A stretch of 44,660 nucleotides of DNA. It comes from Candidatus Brocadiaceae bacterium (lineage in GTDB: Bacteria; Planctomycetota; Brocadiia; SM23-32). The notes below the pieces were generated by a model. The model ran no database searches. It had not been told where the DNA came from and saw only the letters and a list, made by a program, of their open reading frames with translations. The stretch's first letter is position 1. The number at the start of each line of letters is the position of its first letter. The position numbers and the translations under genes were made by a program. Shown one piece after another: positions 7,040-14,858 of the stretch. Location of the stretch: the NCBI GenBank assembly GCA_003551565.1, contig PUMZ01000165.1:1-44660 (forward strand), in the 5' to 3' direction.

Positions 7040-8557
7040 ATGAACAGGAACGAACCGGAGGATCGCGATCATGACCTCACCAAAAAAACGACCTCCGACA
7101 TCTGTTTGATAAAATCGACCGGAAAAAATGCAGACCCGGCCGCGGTGGAGATGGCGCGGGATGGGCACGGGAACAATAAGCGCCCGAAGGGGAGCGAATG
7201 TCTCTTCCGACCTGCGCTGGCCACTGTTCCCGATATGGTGTCGGTCCTGGACCGGGAGATGAACATTGTCGATAGCAATGGGAACGGCCCGGGAGCGGTG
7301 CCGGAAAGCAGAAGGATTTGCAATGCGAAGTGTTACAGGACGTATCACGGTATGAATCGCCCATGCCCCGGCTGTCCTGCAAAAAAGGTTTTGCAGACCG
7401 CCATGCCGGTCGAGACGGAAATGGAGTTCCCCGGAGGTCTCCGGGCCGAGCTGCGTCTTAGCCCCATCCTGGACGATCAAGGCGAAGTGAAGCAATTTGT
7501 TGAGTGGGTCAGGGATATTACACCGGACAGGCGGCGTATGGAGCACCTCCGGCACATGATGTTTCTCGACAGGTTGACCGGCCTTTACAGCCGGGCTTTT
7601 GCCGAAGTGGAGATCGGAAGGCTCAATACGGAACGGCAACTGCCACTGAGTCTGATCATCGGTGATATCAACGGCCTGAAACTCTTCAACGACAGCCTCG
7701 GGTATGACAGGGGGGATGAAGTCCTGCAGAAGATCGCCTCGATCATGGAACGGTGTTGCCGGGAGGAGGATATCGTCTCCCGCTGGGGCGGGGACGAATA
7801 CGTCATTGTTCTGCCCCGCACCGCAGAACAAGAAGCCAGGCGGATATGCCGGAGGATAGAGGTCAGCGTCGCCGAAACCCTTGTGGAGGGGATGTCCGTC
7901 TCCGTTGCCCTGGCCTGCGGAATGAAGAGCAAGGCCGATCAGGATATCCTCGATGTGTTGAGGAATGCCGAGGACGAGATGTACAGGCGGAAGATGGCAC
8001 AAAGCCGCGGCGTGCACGGCCGGATACTCACGGGATTTCTGGACGTGCTGGAGGCGAAAAGTCACGAGACGCGGGAACATTCGCGGCGTATGCACCGGGC
8101 GGCCCGTTTGGTCGGTCGTCGGATCGGGCTCGGTGATGCGGAACTGAACTCGCTGTCGCTTCTCGCGCTGCTGCACGACATCGGGAAAATCGGCATTGCG
8201 GATGAAATATTGAAAAAACCCGGCAATCTGACGGATAAAGAGTGGAGGTCGGTGAAAAAGCATCCGGAAACAGGGCACCGGATCGTCTCCACCACCGAGG
8301 AGTTTTCCCACGTTGGCCACCTGATCCTCCATCATCACGAGCGCATGGACGGAAACGGCTATATTGCCGGACTGAAAGGAGATGAGATACCGCTGTGTTC
8401 CAGAATCATCTCGATCGTGGATGCCTACGACGCCATGACGAACCATCGACCCTACAGGCGCGCGCTTTCGCATGCCGAGGCGATTGGCGAACTGCAACGG
8501 TGCGCGGGCAGCCAGTTCGACCCGCATCTTGTTGAAGCGTTTATTGACGTGATGTAA
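7040..8557 (+). CDS. PAS - GGDEF - HD-GYP c-di-GMP turnover protein
   Basis: AGGAGG lies 5 nt before ATG 7040. Cys-rich PAS (CNAKCYRTYHGMNRPCPGCP). GGDEF domain with I-site REED-x5 and active-site variant GGDEY. HD-GYP domain (LLHDIGK; HHHERMDGNGY, with I in place of P). Confidence 0.9.
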   Translation: MNRNEPEDRDHDLTKKTTSDICLIKSTGKNADPAAVEMARDGHGNNKRPKGSECLFRPALATVPDMVSVLDREMNIVDSNGNGPGAVPESRRICNAKCYRTYHGMNRPCPGCPAKKVLQTAMPVETEMEFPGGLRAELRLSPILDDQGEVKQFVEWVRDITPDRRRMEHLRHMMFLDRLTGLYSRAFAEVEIGRLNTERQLPLSLIIGDINGLKLFNDSLGYDRGDEVLQKIASIMERCCREEDIVSRWGGDEYVIVLPRTAEQEARRICRRIEVSVAETLVEGMSVSVALACGMKSKADQDILDVLRNAEDEMYRRKMAQSRGVHGRILTGFLDVLEAKSHETREHSRRMHRAARLVGRRIGLGDAELNSLSLLALLHDIGKIGIADEILKKPGNLTDKEWRSVKKHPETGHRIVSTTEEFSHVGHLILHHHERMDGNGYIAGLKGDEIPLCSRIISIVDAYDAMTNHRPYRRALSHAEAIGELQRCAGSQFDPHLVEAFIDVM

Positions 8558-8717
8558 TCAGAGAAAGCATGTTCGGGTGCGTTGCTTGCCGCCGCAAAAC
8601 CCGGTGGCCAACGCAATGATTTGAATCGGCAACCCCGGCAAATCAGATGTGTCCTGATTGGCCGGAGCGTGACAGCAGAAATCGGTACAGACCATGAACC
8701 AGGGGACAGAGCAAACA

Positions 8718-9629
8718 ATGAAAATCCTTGTCGCCGAAGACGAACCGACATCCCGAAGGATGCTGGAAAAAATCCTGACCGTGAGGGGGTATGACGTTGT
8801 AACTGCAAGCGACGGCCGAAGCGCCTGGCGCACGATGCAGGGAGGTGATCCGCCCCGCCTTCTGCTCCTTGATTGGGTCATGTCCGGAATGAGCGGCGTA
8901 GAACTGTGCAAGAAATTGAAACAGGCGGAATTGGAAAAACCGATTTACATCATTATCGTGACCGCCATGTCGAAAGAGAAAGATCTGCTGAAAGGTTTTG
9001 AGGCGGGGGCCGACGACTATATTACCAAACCCTATAATGCCAATGAACTGCAGGCCAGAATTGGCGTGGGCATGAAAATGCTCTCCGCGCAGGATTCTCT
9101 TATTTATACGGCAAACCACGATTACCTGACCGGCGCCCTGAACCGTCGTGCCGTCATTGACGCACTGCACCGTGAGCTGGCCCGTGCCGGGCGGGAGAAG
9201 AAAGCCTTAACAACCGCCATCCTGGACATTGACCGTTTCAAAAACATCAACGACACGTACGGCCACATGGTCGGGGATGAAGTGTTGAAGGGCCTTGTAA
9301 GAAAACTGCAAAGCATCGCCAGGCCGTATGACTACATCGGGCGCCTGGGGGGCGAAGAATTCCTCCTGGTCTTGCCCGGGCTGGAGTCCGTCGACAGCGG
9401 ACGGCGTCTGGAGGCGGTGCGCCAGGAGGTTGAGGACTGCTCTATCACGACCGATGGCGGCGATGTCGGCCTTACCATCAGTATCGGCGCCGTGGTGGCC
9501 GAAGGCGATGCTGATGTGGACAAAATCATCGGGTCTGCAGACCGGGCCCTCTACCGGGCAAAGGATGAAGGCCGCAACAGGGTCGCCTTTGCCCGCGAAA
9601 AAGGGGAAGCAATAACGCGCACGCGGTGA
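8718..9629 (+). CDS. Response regulator-diguanylate cyclase (REC-GGDEF, PleD/WspR-like)
   Basis: MKILVAEDEPTSR, LLLLDWVMSGMSG and ITKPY mark the receiver. The GGDEF domain has I-site RPYD-x5 and an intact GGEEF. An in-frame upstream ATG at 8694 is an alternative start. Confidence 0.9.
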   Translation: MKILVAEDEPTSRRMLEKILTVRGYDVVTASDGRSAWRTMQGGDPPRLLLLDWVMSGMSGVELCKKLKQAELEKPIYIIIVTAMSKEKDLLKGFEAGADDYITKPYNANELQARIGVGMKMLSAQDSLIYTANHDYLTGALNRRAVIDALHRELARAGREKKALTTAILDIDRFKNINDTYGHMVGDEVLKGLVRKLQSIARPYDYIGRLGGEEFLLVLPGLESVDSGRRLEAVRQEVEDCSITTDGGDVGLTISIGAVVAEGDADVDKIIGSADRALYRAKDEGRNRVAFAREKGEAITRTR

Positions 9630-9959
9630 GGTCAGTTAAAAAAAGGTCTAATACGTTTTCTTTATTTGCCGAATATCAGTTTAACGCATGGTGTACTGTC
9701 TTTGATACACTCGAGGACGCGGAGTTAGCGGGAGCATCCTGCCCATGGCGATCCCGCAATATCACAAACTAACGGCGATAACTGAAATAAAAGAAGACGT
9801 CGCAGAATGGATGGACCAGGAGCAGCCGGTCCACTCCCATCGGCTTTCCCGGAGGCATCGCAGTAAAACTGTGCAGTAACTATCTGGCCGGGCATCGGCA
9901 ACGGGATCCAGCGAGCAGTCGGGGCCCATGATTGTGCATTTTTAAGGAGGAGGTAACTG

Positions 9960-10490
9960 ATGAGTGAAACTGTGAAGGAAGCGGAGAAGCAGAGGCGTAA
10001 GGCCGAGGCGGGCAAATATCTCACCTTTATGCTCGGTGAGGAGGAATACGGCATCGAGATACTCAAGGTGCAGGAAATCATCGGACTGATCGACATCACC
10101 AAGGTGCCGCGGGTGCCGGAATACATCAAAGGCGTTATCAATCTGCGCGGCAAGGTCATACCCGTCATCGACCTCCGTGTGAAGTTCGAACTGGATGCGA
10201 AAGAATATACCGAAAGGACCTGCATCATCGTCGTGCAGGTCGGCCACAAGGGCCAGACCATCACCATGGGGTGCATTGTTGACGAAGTGCGCGAGGTCAT
10301 GGATTTCGCCGACCACCAGATCGAGCCGCCCCCCGATTTCGGCGTGCAGGTCGACACCCGCTCCATACTCGGGATCGGGAAGGACACGGAGCGGAGGGAG
10401 AAAAAGGAAAAGGAAGATCGCGTGGCCATCCTCATCGATGTCGACAGGGTGCTGGCCGAGAGCGAGGTGGAGGAAATTAAGAAGATGTAA
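9960..10490 (+). CDS. cheW: Chemotaxis coupling protein CheW
   Basis: AAGGAGGAGG RBS. LTFMLGEEEYGIEILKVQEIIG...VPRVPEYIKGVINLRGKVIPVIDLR is the classic CheW core. Confidence 0.93.
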   Translation: MSETVKEAEKQRRKAEAGKYLTFMLGEEEYGIEILKVQEIIGLIDITKVPRVPEYIKGVINLRGKVIPVIDLRVKFELDAKEYTERTCIIVVQVGHKGQTITMGCIVDEVREVMDFADHQIEPPPDFGVQVDTRSILGIGKDTERREKKEKEDRVAILIDVDRVLAESEVEEIKKM

Positions 10491-10493
10491 CGG

Positions 10494-10512
10494 GCGGCCG
10501 GTTGCCGGCCGC
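10494..10512 (+). terminator. GC-rich hairpin between cheW and mcp (weak terminator or attenuator candidate)
   Basis: GCGGCCGG-TTG-CCGGCCGC, an 8-bp perfect stem, followed by GCCCCCCTTTGTTG. The U-tract is poor. Confidence 0.3.
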
Positions 10513-10612
10513 GCCCCCCCTTTGTTGCTGTCCGGCATGAGGCAGGGGCCGGAACCACAGGCAGGCACGACAGGTTTTGCGTTTGTTCACTTTTTTTGGA
10601 GGATTTCAAGAT

Positions 10613-12733
10613 ATGTTCAGTAACATGAAGTTGTCAACAAAGTTGATTGCGGCGTTCTGCGGCGTAGCCCTCATCACCCTGATCGTGGGAATCATAGGTT
10701 TTTACGGGATCGGCCAGCTTGATGACAGGATCGAGGAGGTCGGGCAGGTGAGGCTGCCGAGCGTCCAGAACCTTCTGATTGTCGATCGGGAGTCCGATGT
10801 GTTCACGGGGATTGTCAATGCGCTTGCCAACCCTGAACTGACGTTTCAGGAGCGCAGGGAGCTGTATGATACGGTGGACGAATCACGCCGCATCTATGGC
10901 GAGGCGTGGGATATCTACGAGCCCCTGCCGCAAACCGACGAAGAGGCGCGCGTGTGGGATGATTTCGTCGACGCGTGGGATGCGTGGGTGGAGGTGAATA
11001 ACCGGTATTTTGAACTGAACCGGGAAATCGATGATATCGGCATCGGCAATCCGACCGCGTTGCTGTGGAATCTGGAACAGTTCCGGGCGGACCACTACCA
11101 GTTAGAGGTCGATGTGCTGGAGCTGATCCAGAGCGGCGAACGGTTTTCCGGGGGCGACTGCCATCGCACCTGCCGGTTCGGTCGGTGGCTGGCGGACTAC
11201 CGCACGGACAACCGGGATATCCAGCGGCTTCTGAATGCGATGGAAGTTCCCCACCAGCGGTTTCATGAGTCCGTCATTCCGATTCGGGAAGCCGTGGAGG
11301 CGGGGGATGCGGACGAAGCCATGCGCATCTATACGGAGGATATGGACCAGGCAGCGGACCAGGTTTTCGGCCTGTTCAATGACCTGATCGAGATCGCCGA
11401 AGAGTCGGAACAACTCCGCGCGCAGGCGGTGGCGCTCCTGACCGATGAGGTTATACCGAGAATGGACAACGCCAAAGGGTATTTGGGCAGACTGGTGGCA
11501 ATAAATGAAGATGTAGCGGCCGAGGAGGTCCGGGCCGCCGCCGCGCAGGCCAACCGTCTGTCGGCCGTCAGCCTGTTCGTGGCGCTAATCGGTGTGATCG
11601 CAGCGCTGGTTTTGGGATTCATGATCACCGGCGCCATCTCCAGGCCGCTCCAGCGCATTATCGACGGGCTCCGCGACGGCGCTTCACAGGTGACATCCGC
11701 TTCGGAACAGGTCGCCCAGTCGAGTCAGCAGCTGGCCGAAGGAGCCAGCGAGCAGGCGTCGAGCCTGGAGGAGACGTCGGCGGCGCTGGAGGAAATGACG
11801 TCCCAGACGACCGAAAATTCCTCGAATGCTAAAGAAGCGGCCAGCCTGTCTGAAAGCAATGAAGAAAGCGGCCAGCAGGCCACTGCAACGGCGGCTCAGG
11901 TCAATGAAGAAGCGACAACCGGACAGAAATCGGCGCAGAACCTGTCCGAGGCGATAACGGAGATACAGGAGTCCTCCGAAGCGACGGCCAAGGTGATAAA
12001 AACCATCGAAGAGATCGCGTTCCAGACGAATCTTCTCGCTCTGAACGCCGCCGTTGAAGCCGCCCGCGCCGGTGAAGCCGGCAAGGGGTTTGCCGTGGTG
12101 GCCGAGGAAGTGCGCAGCCTTGCACAGCGCTGTGCGGAAGCGGCCAAAAACACGTCCGACCTCATCGAGTCGTCACGCAACAGCGCCGAAAAGGGCGTGA
12201 ACGTCTCGAAAGAAGTTGTCGAGGGCGTCAACACGATAGCCGAGCAAATCGAAAAACTCAACCAGATCAATGCGGAGGTCGCCGCTGCGGACAAAGAACT
12301 TGGCGGACTGATCCAGCAGATCAGCACGGCAAGCGAAGAACAGGCCAGCGGCATCCAGCAGGTCAACACGGCCACAGCGGAGATGGACAAGGTGACCCAG
12401 CAGAACGCCGCCAATGCGGAAGAGTCGGCCTCCGCCGCGGAAGAACTGAGCGGTCAGGCCGAGCAGATGATGGAGATGGTGGACCAGCTGGTCCGTATGG
12501 TTGAAGGCGCAAAAGCCGGCTCCGGTTCGGCCGGCTACCGCAAAACCGCTGCGCATTCGCAGCGCAATGCCAATGCGGGCCGGCGTCAGGTGGGTGCGCA
12601 ACGGCACAGGCAGCTCACCGGGGGCAAAGGCCAAAGTGCAGGCCTTCGCGAAACCGGCGGGCAGAAAGAGCAGGAAGTCAACCCCGATCAGGTCCTGCCG
12701 CTCGATGACGACGAGGACCTGGGAGACTTCTGA
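10613..12733 (+). CDS. mcp: Methyl-accepting chemotaxis protein with periplasmic 4HB/CZB-like sensor
   Basis: GGAGGA RBS before ATG 10613. Two TM segments ([23 protein letters not shown]; [27 protein letters not shown]). HAMP domain. Signalling hairpin [44 protein letters not shown]-type H...CxFGxW...HxxxH motif lies between the TMs. Confidence 0.93.
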   Translation: MFSNMKLSTKLIAAFCGVALITLIVGIIGFYGIGQLDDRIEEVGQVRLPSVQNLLIVDRESDVFTGIVNALANPELTFQERRELYDTVDESRRIYGEAWDIYEPLPQTDEEARVWDDFVDAWDAWVEVNNRYFELNREIDDIGIGNPTALLWNLEQFRADHYQLEVDVLELIQSGERFSGGDCHRTCRFGRWLADYRTDNRDIQRLLNAMEVPHQRFHESVIPIREAVEAGDADEAMRIYTEDMDQAADQVFGLFNDLIEIAEESEQLRAQAVALLTDEVIPRMDNAKGYLGRLVAINEDVAAEEVRAAAAQANRLSAVSLFVALIGVIAALVLGFMITGAISRPLQRIIDGLRDGASQVTSASEQVAQSSQQLAEGASEQASSLEETSAALEEMTSQTTENSSNAKEAASLSESNEESGQQATATAAQVNEEATTGQKSAQNLSEAITEIQESSEATAKVIKTIEEIAFQTNLLALNAAVEAARAGEAGKGFAVVAEEVRSLAQRCAEAAKNTSDLIESSRNSAEKGVNVSKEVVEGVNTIAEQIEKLNQINAEVAAADKELGGLIQQISTASEEQASGIQQVNTATAEMDKVTQQNAANAEESASAAEELSGQAEQMMEMVDQLVRMVEGAKAGSGSAGYRKTAAHSQRNANAGRRQVGAQRHRQLTGGKGQSAGLRETGGQKEQEVNPDQVLPLDDDEDLGDF

Positions 12734-12755
12734 TCTCCTGAAGGTGGAGTGGAAC

Positions 12756-12784
12756 GCCCGGCACGTGCCCTGCGCGTGCCGGGC
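12756..12784 (+). terminator. Stem-loop downstream of mcp (putative terminator)
   Basis: GCCCGGCACG-TGCCCTGCG-CGTGCCGGGC, a 10-bp perfect stem 23 nt after the stop codon. It is followed only by a weak T-containing tract. Confidence 0.4.
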
Positions 12785-12802
12785 GCCCACTGCTTTCGAT
12801 GC

Positions 12803-12861
12803 AAAAACTTTTAAATGCAAAATGTTCTAAATGTAGAATGCAGAATGCAGAATGCAGAATG
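12803..12861 (+). repeat. AT-rich box with TTTAAATGCAGAATG-like units and a (GCAGAAT)n heptamer run, copy 1
   Basis: AAAAACTTTTAAATGCAAAATGTTCTAAATGTAGAATGCAGAATGCAGAATGCAGAATG. This is paralogous to 14527-14571. Confidence 0.85.
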
Positions 12862-12984
12862 AAAGGCGAACGGATAAATGCAGGATGAACGGATAGTCGT
12901 TCAGGCCCGGCAGGGCCGTATCAGACGTAGCCCCGGGTGGAGACGCCCTGTCGTTCGGGCGGCGGAGCCCGGGGATAGGGAGTG

Positions 12985-13013
12985 CAAGAAACAAAAAAGA
13001 GCCCCGAAGGGGC
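12985..13013 (-). terminator. Intrinsic-terminator-like hairpin on the minus strand with no upstream minus-strand gene
   Basis: The minus strand reads GCCCC-TTC-GGGGC followed by TCTTTTTTGTTTCTT. Confidence 0.45.
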
Positions 13014-13078
13014 GATTCAGTCATTCTTCCCGAGTTTGGTAAGATAGTAGCATTTATGCGTTAAAAAAAACGGAAATA

Positions 13079-13184
13079 ACCGCGGAGCACGCTGAGGGCG
13101 CAGAGAAAGACGGGAAAAGTAGTTAAAAGACGCGCCGTAATCTTAAAAGGAGCCGTTCTCTGCGTTCTCTGCGATCTCTGCGGT
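13079..13184 (+). repeat. Long imperfect hairpin repeat (CTCTGCG family), copy 1
   Basis: 5' arm ACCGCGGAGCACGCTGAGGGCGCAGAGAAAGACGG (13079-13113). 3' arm CCGTTCTCTGCGTTCTCTGCGATCTCTGCGGT (13153-13184). The roughly 40-nt loop contains GCCGTAATCTTAAA. Confidence 0.85.
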
Positions 13185-13266
13185 AAATAAAAACCTTTTG
13201 CAAGTCGTTTGCCGTTGCCGGCGTTCCCGGGAGATGACGGATAACCTACTTTACAGGGAGATAGCA

Positions 13267-14526
13267 ATGAAAGGAATCAGAAAAGCCGTCCTGACCGCCG
13301 CCGTCATGCTGGCGGCGGTGCCGTTCTGTTTCGCAGACCCCGGAGATGCGTCCCGGAGGATTGAGCGCCTCGAAGGTGAACTGCAGGAATTGAGGGAGGG
13401 TGTGGAAGCCGGCGCTCCGGAACAGCACGGACGCCGTGCCGTGTGGTCGAGCCTGGATATCACCCTTTATGGATACGTCAAGCTCGACGCCTCCTACGAC
13501 AGCTCGGAGACGCACAACGGAAACTTCGCAATGTGGGTGCGAAGGGGCGATGACTATGGTGACGGTGAATTCAACATGAGCGCCCGCGAAACGCGCCTCG
13601 GCCTGAACATCATCGGCCCCGGGGCCGGCGCCATGCAAAGCAGCGGCGTTATAGAGATCGATTTCTGCGGCTCCGGCGGAGAGAATACGGCCGAGCCTCG
13701 GATGCGGCTGGCTTACCTCGAACTGGATTGGCCCGAGAGCGGGTTCACCCTGACCGCCGGCCAGGACTGGGACGTGATATCGCCGCTCAACCCGCAGATG
13801 CTCAACACCAGCCCGCTCTGGTGGGCCGGGAACATTGGCGTGCGGCGCCCGCAGATACGGGCCACTCAGGCTTTCGGCGCTGATGAAGGCCCCGGGCTGA
13901 CTCTGACCGGCGCCTTGCTGCGTACGATCGGACGCACCGGAAACACCTTCCGCGATCCGGAAAGGGAATCAGGCGCCGCCTCCGGGCATCCGTCCGCGCA
14001 GGCGCGCATCGGCTTCCGGTTGCCGGTGCTGGATGCCGGAACCACCGATCTCGGTCTATCCGGCCACTGGGGACGGGAAAAATACGACAGCGACGACGAT
14101 TCAACGGAACGTTTCCGGAGCTGGTCGGCCAACTTTGACATCGTCCAGCCGGTGACCGAATGGCTGACCCTGCGGGGCGAGGCGTTCATCGGTAAAAATC
14201 TGAGTGCCTACCTGGGCGGCATCGGACAGGGTGTCAATGTCCAGCAGGAAAGCGAGATAAGAGGTGCCGGCGGATGGACGGCCGCCGCATTGACGCCCGT
14301 TGAAAAGTGGACGTTCAATCTCGGCGCCGGTCTTGACGACGCCCGGCGCGAGGACCTGAACCGCGGCGATCGGAAGATGAACAGCGCTGTCTTTGCCAAC
14401 GGGATTTATTCGATAACGGACAACATATCCGCAGGCCTCGAACTCTCGCACTGGCAGACAAAATACCGGGGCGAGGGCGACGAGGAGAACCTGCGCGTGC
14501 AGACGTCACTGACGTTCCGGTTCTGA
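13267..14526 (+). CDS. Outer-membrane beta-barrel porin-like protein with N-terminal coiled coil
   Basis: Signal peptide MKGIRKAVLTAAVMLAAVPFCFA. Coiled-coil stretch RRIERLEGELQELREGVEA. Alternating beta-strand-like sequence follows. The terminal LRVQTSLTFRF ends in Phe, an OMP signature. Resemblance to DcaP-type porins is inference. Confidence 0.72.
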   Translation: MKGIRKAVLTAAVMLAAVPFCFADPGDASRRIERLEGELQELREGVEAGAPEQHGRRAVWSSLDITLYGYVKLDASYDSSETHNGNFAMWVRRGDDYGDGEFNMSARETRLGLNIIGPGAGAMQSSGVIEIDFCGSGGENTAEPRMRLAYLELDWPESGFTLTAGQDWDVISPLNPQMLNTSPLWWAGNIGVRRPQIRATQAFGADEGPGLTLTGALLRTIGRTGNTFRDPERESGAASGHPSAQARIGFRLPVLDAGTTDLGLSGHWGREKYDSDDDSTERFRSWSANFDIVQPVTEWLTLRGEAFIGKNLSAYLGGIGQGVNVQQESEIRGAGGWTAAALTPVEKWTFNLGAGLDDARREDLNRGDRKMNSAVFANGIYSITDNISAGLELSHWQTKYRGEGDEENLRVQTSLTFRF

Positions 14527-14571
14527 AAAAAACTTTTAAATGCAGAATGTTTTAAATGCAGAATGCAGAAT
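14527..14571 (+). repeat. AT-rich TTTAAATGCAGAATG / (GCAGAAT)n box, copy 2
   Basis: AAAAACTTTTAAATGCAGAATGTTTTAAATGCAGAATGCAGAAT starts immediately after the porin stop codon. Confidence 0.85.
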
Positions 14572-14638
14572 CAACGGAAGAAAGCAAGCGTTTTATCTGG
14601 AAGAGAATTTTTTGCGACAATTAATATCCTAAAAGAGG

Positions 14639-14778
14639 CCGTCCTCTGCGATCTCTGGGGTAAATGAACGAAATGACCGCGGAGCACGCTGGGGGCGCAG
14701 AGAAAGACGAAAAATTATTTGAATGAAGGCCGTAATCCTAAACATGCCGTTCTCTGCGTTCTCTGCGATCTCTGCGGT
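14639..14778 (+). repeat. CTCTGCG-family hairpin repeat, copy 2, preceded by an extra partial 3'-arm
   Basis: Partial arm CCGTCCTCTGCGATCTCTGGGGT (14639-14661). 5' arm ACCGCGGAGCACGCTGGGGGCGCAGAGAAAGACG (14676-14709). The loop contains GCCGTAATCCTAAA. The 3' arm (14747-14778) is identical to copy 1. Confidence 0.85.
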
Positions 14779-14858
14779 AAAATTAGGTAAGGCCGGGAGG
14801 GTTGCCGGCGTTCCCAGCGGTGGAATAAATTGGTGCTGTGGGAAGGTGGAATATTTAC

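Noticed and set aside
7028-8527. 499-aa minus-strand ORF antisense to the GGDEF-HD-GYP gene
   Set aside because: It is Arg/Pro/Gly-rich with no recognisable motifs and lies fully inside a plus-strand gene with clear domain signatures. This is a typical GC-driven shadow ORF.
9885-9900. TGGCCGGGCATCGGCA upstream of cheW considered as a sigma-54 promoter
   Set aside because: The GG/GC spacing is right, but the -12 element is CGGCA rather than TTGCA and -24 is TGGCC. The match is too weak in GC-rich DNA to call.
12680-12733. The MCP C-terminal ...DDDEDLGDF considered as a CheR/CheB-tethering pentapeptide
   Set aside because: The classical motif (NWETF-like) needs an aromatic residue at the -4 position. 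Here that residue is Leu, so the case is not supported.
12834-12861. The tandem GCAGAAT heptamers considered as a CRISPR or minisatellite
   Set aside because: The unit is only 7 nt, there are no spacers and no cas genes. It is a short tandem repeat, not a CRISPR array.
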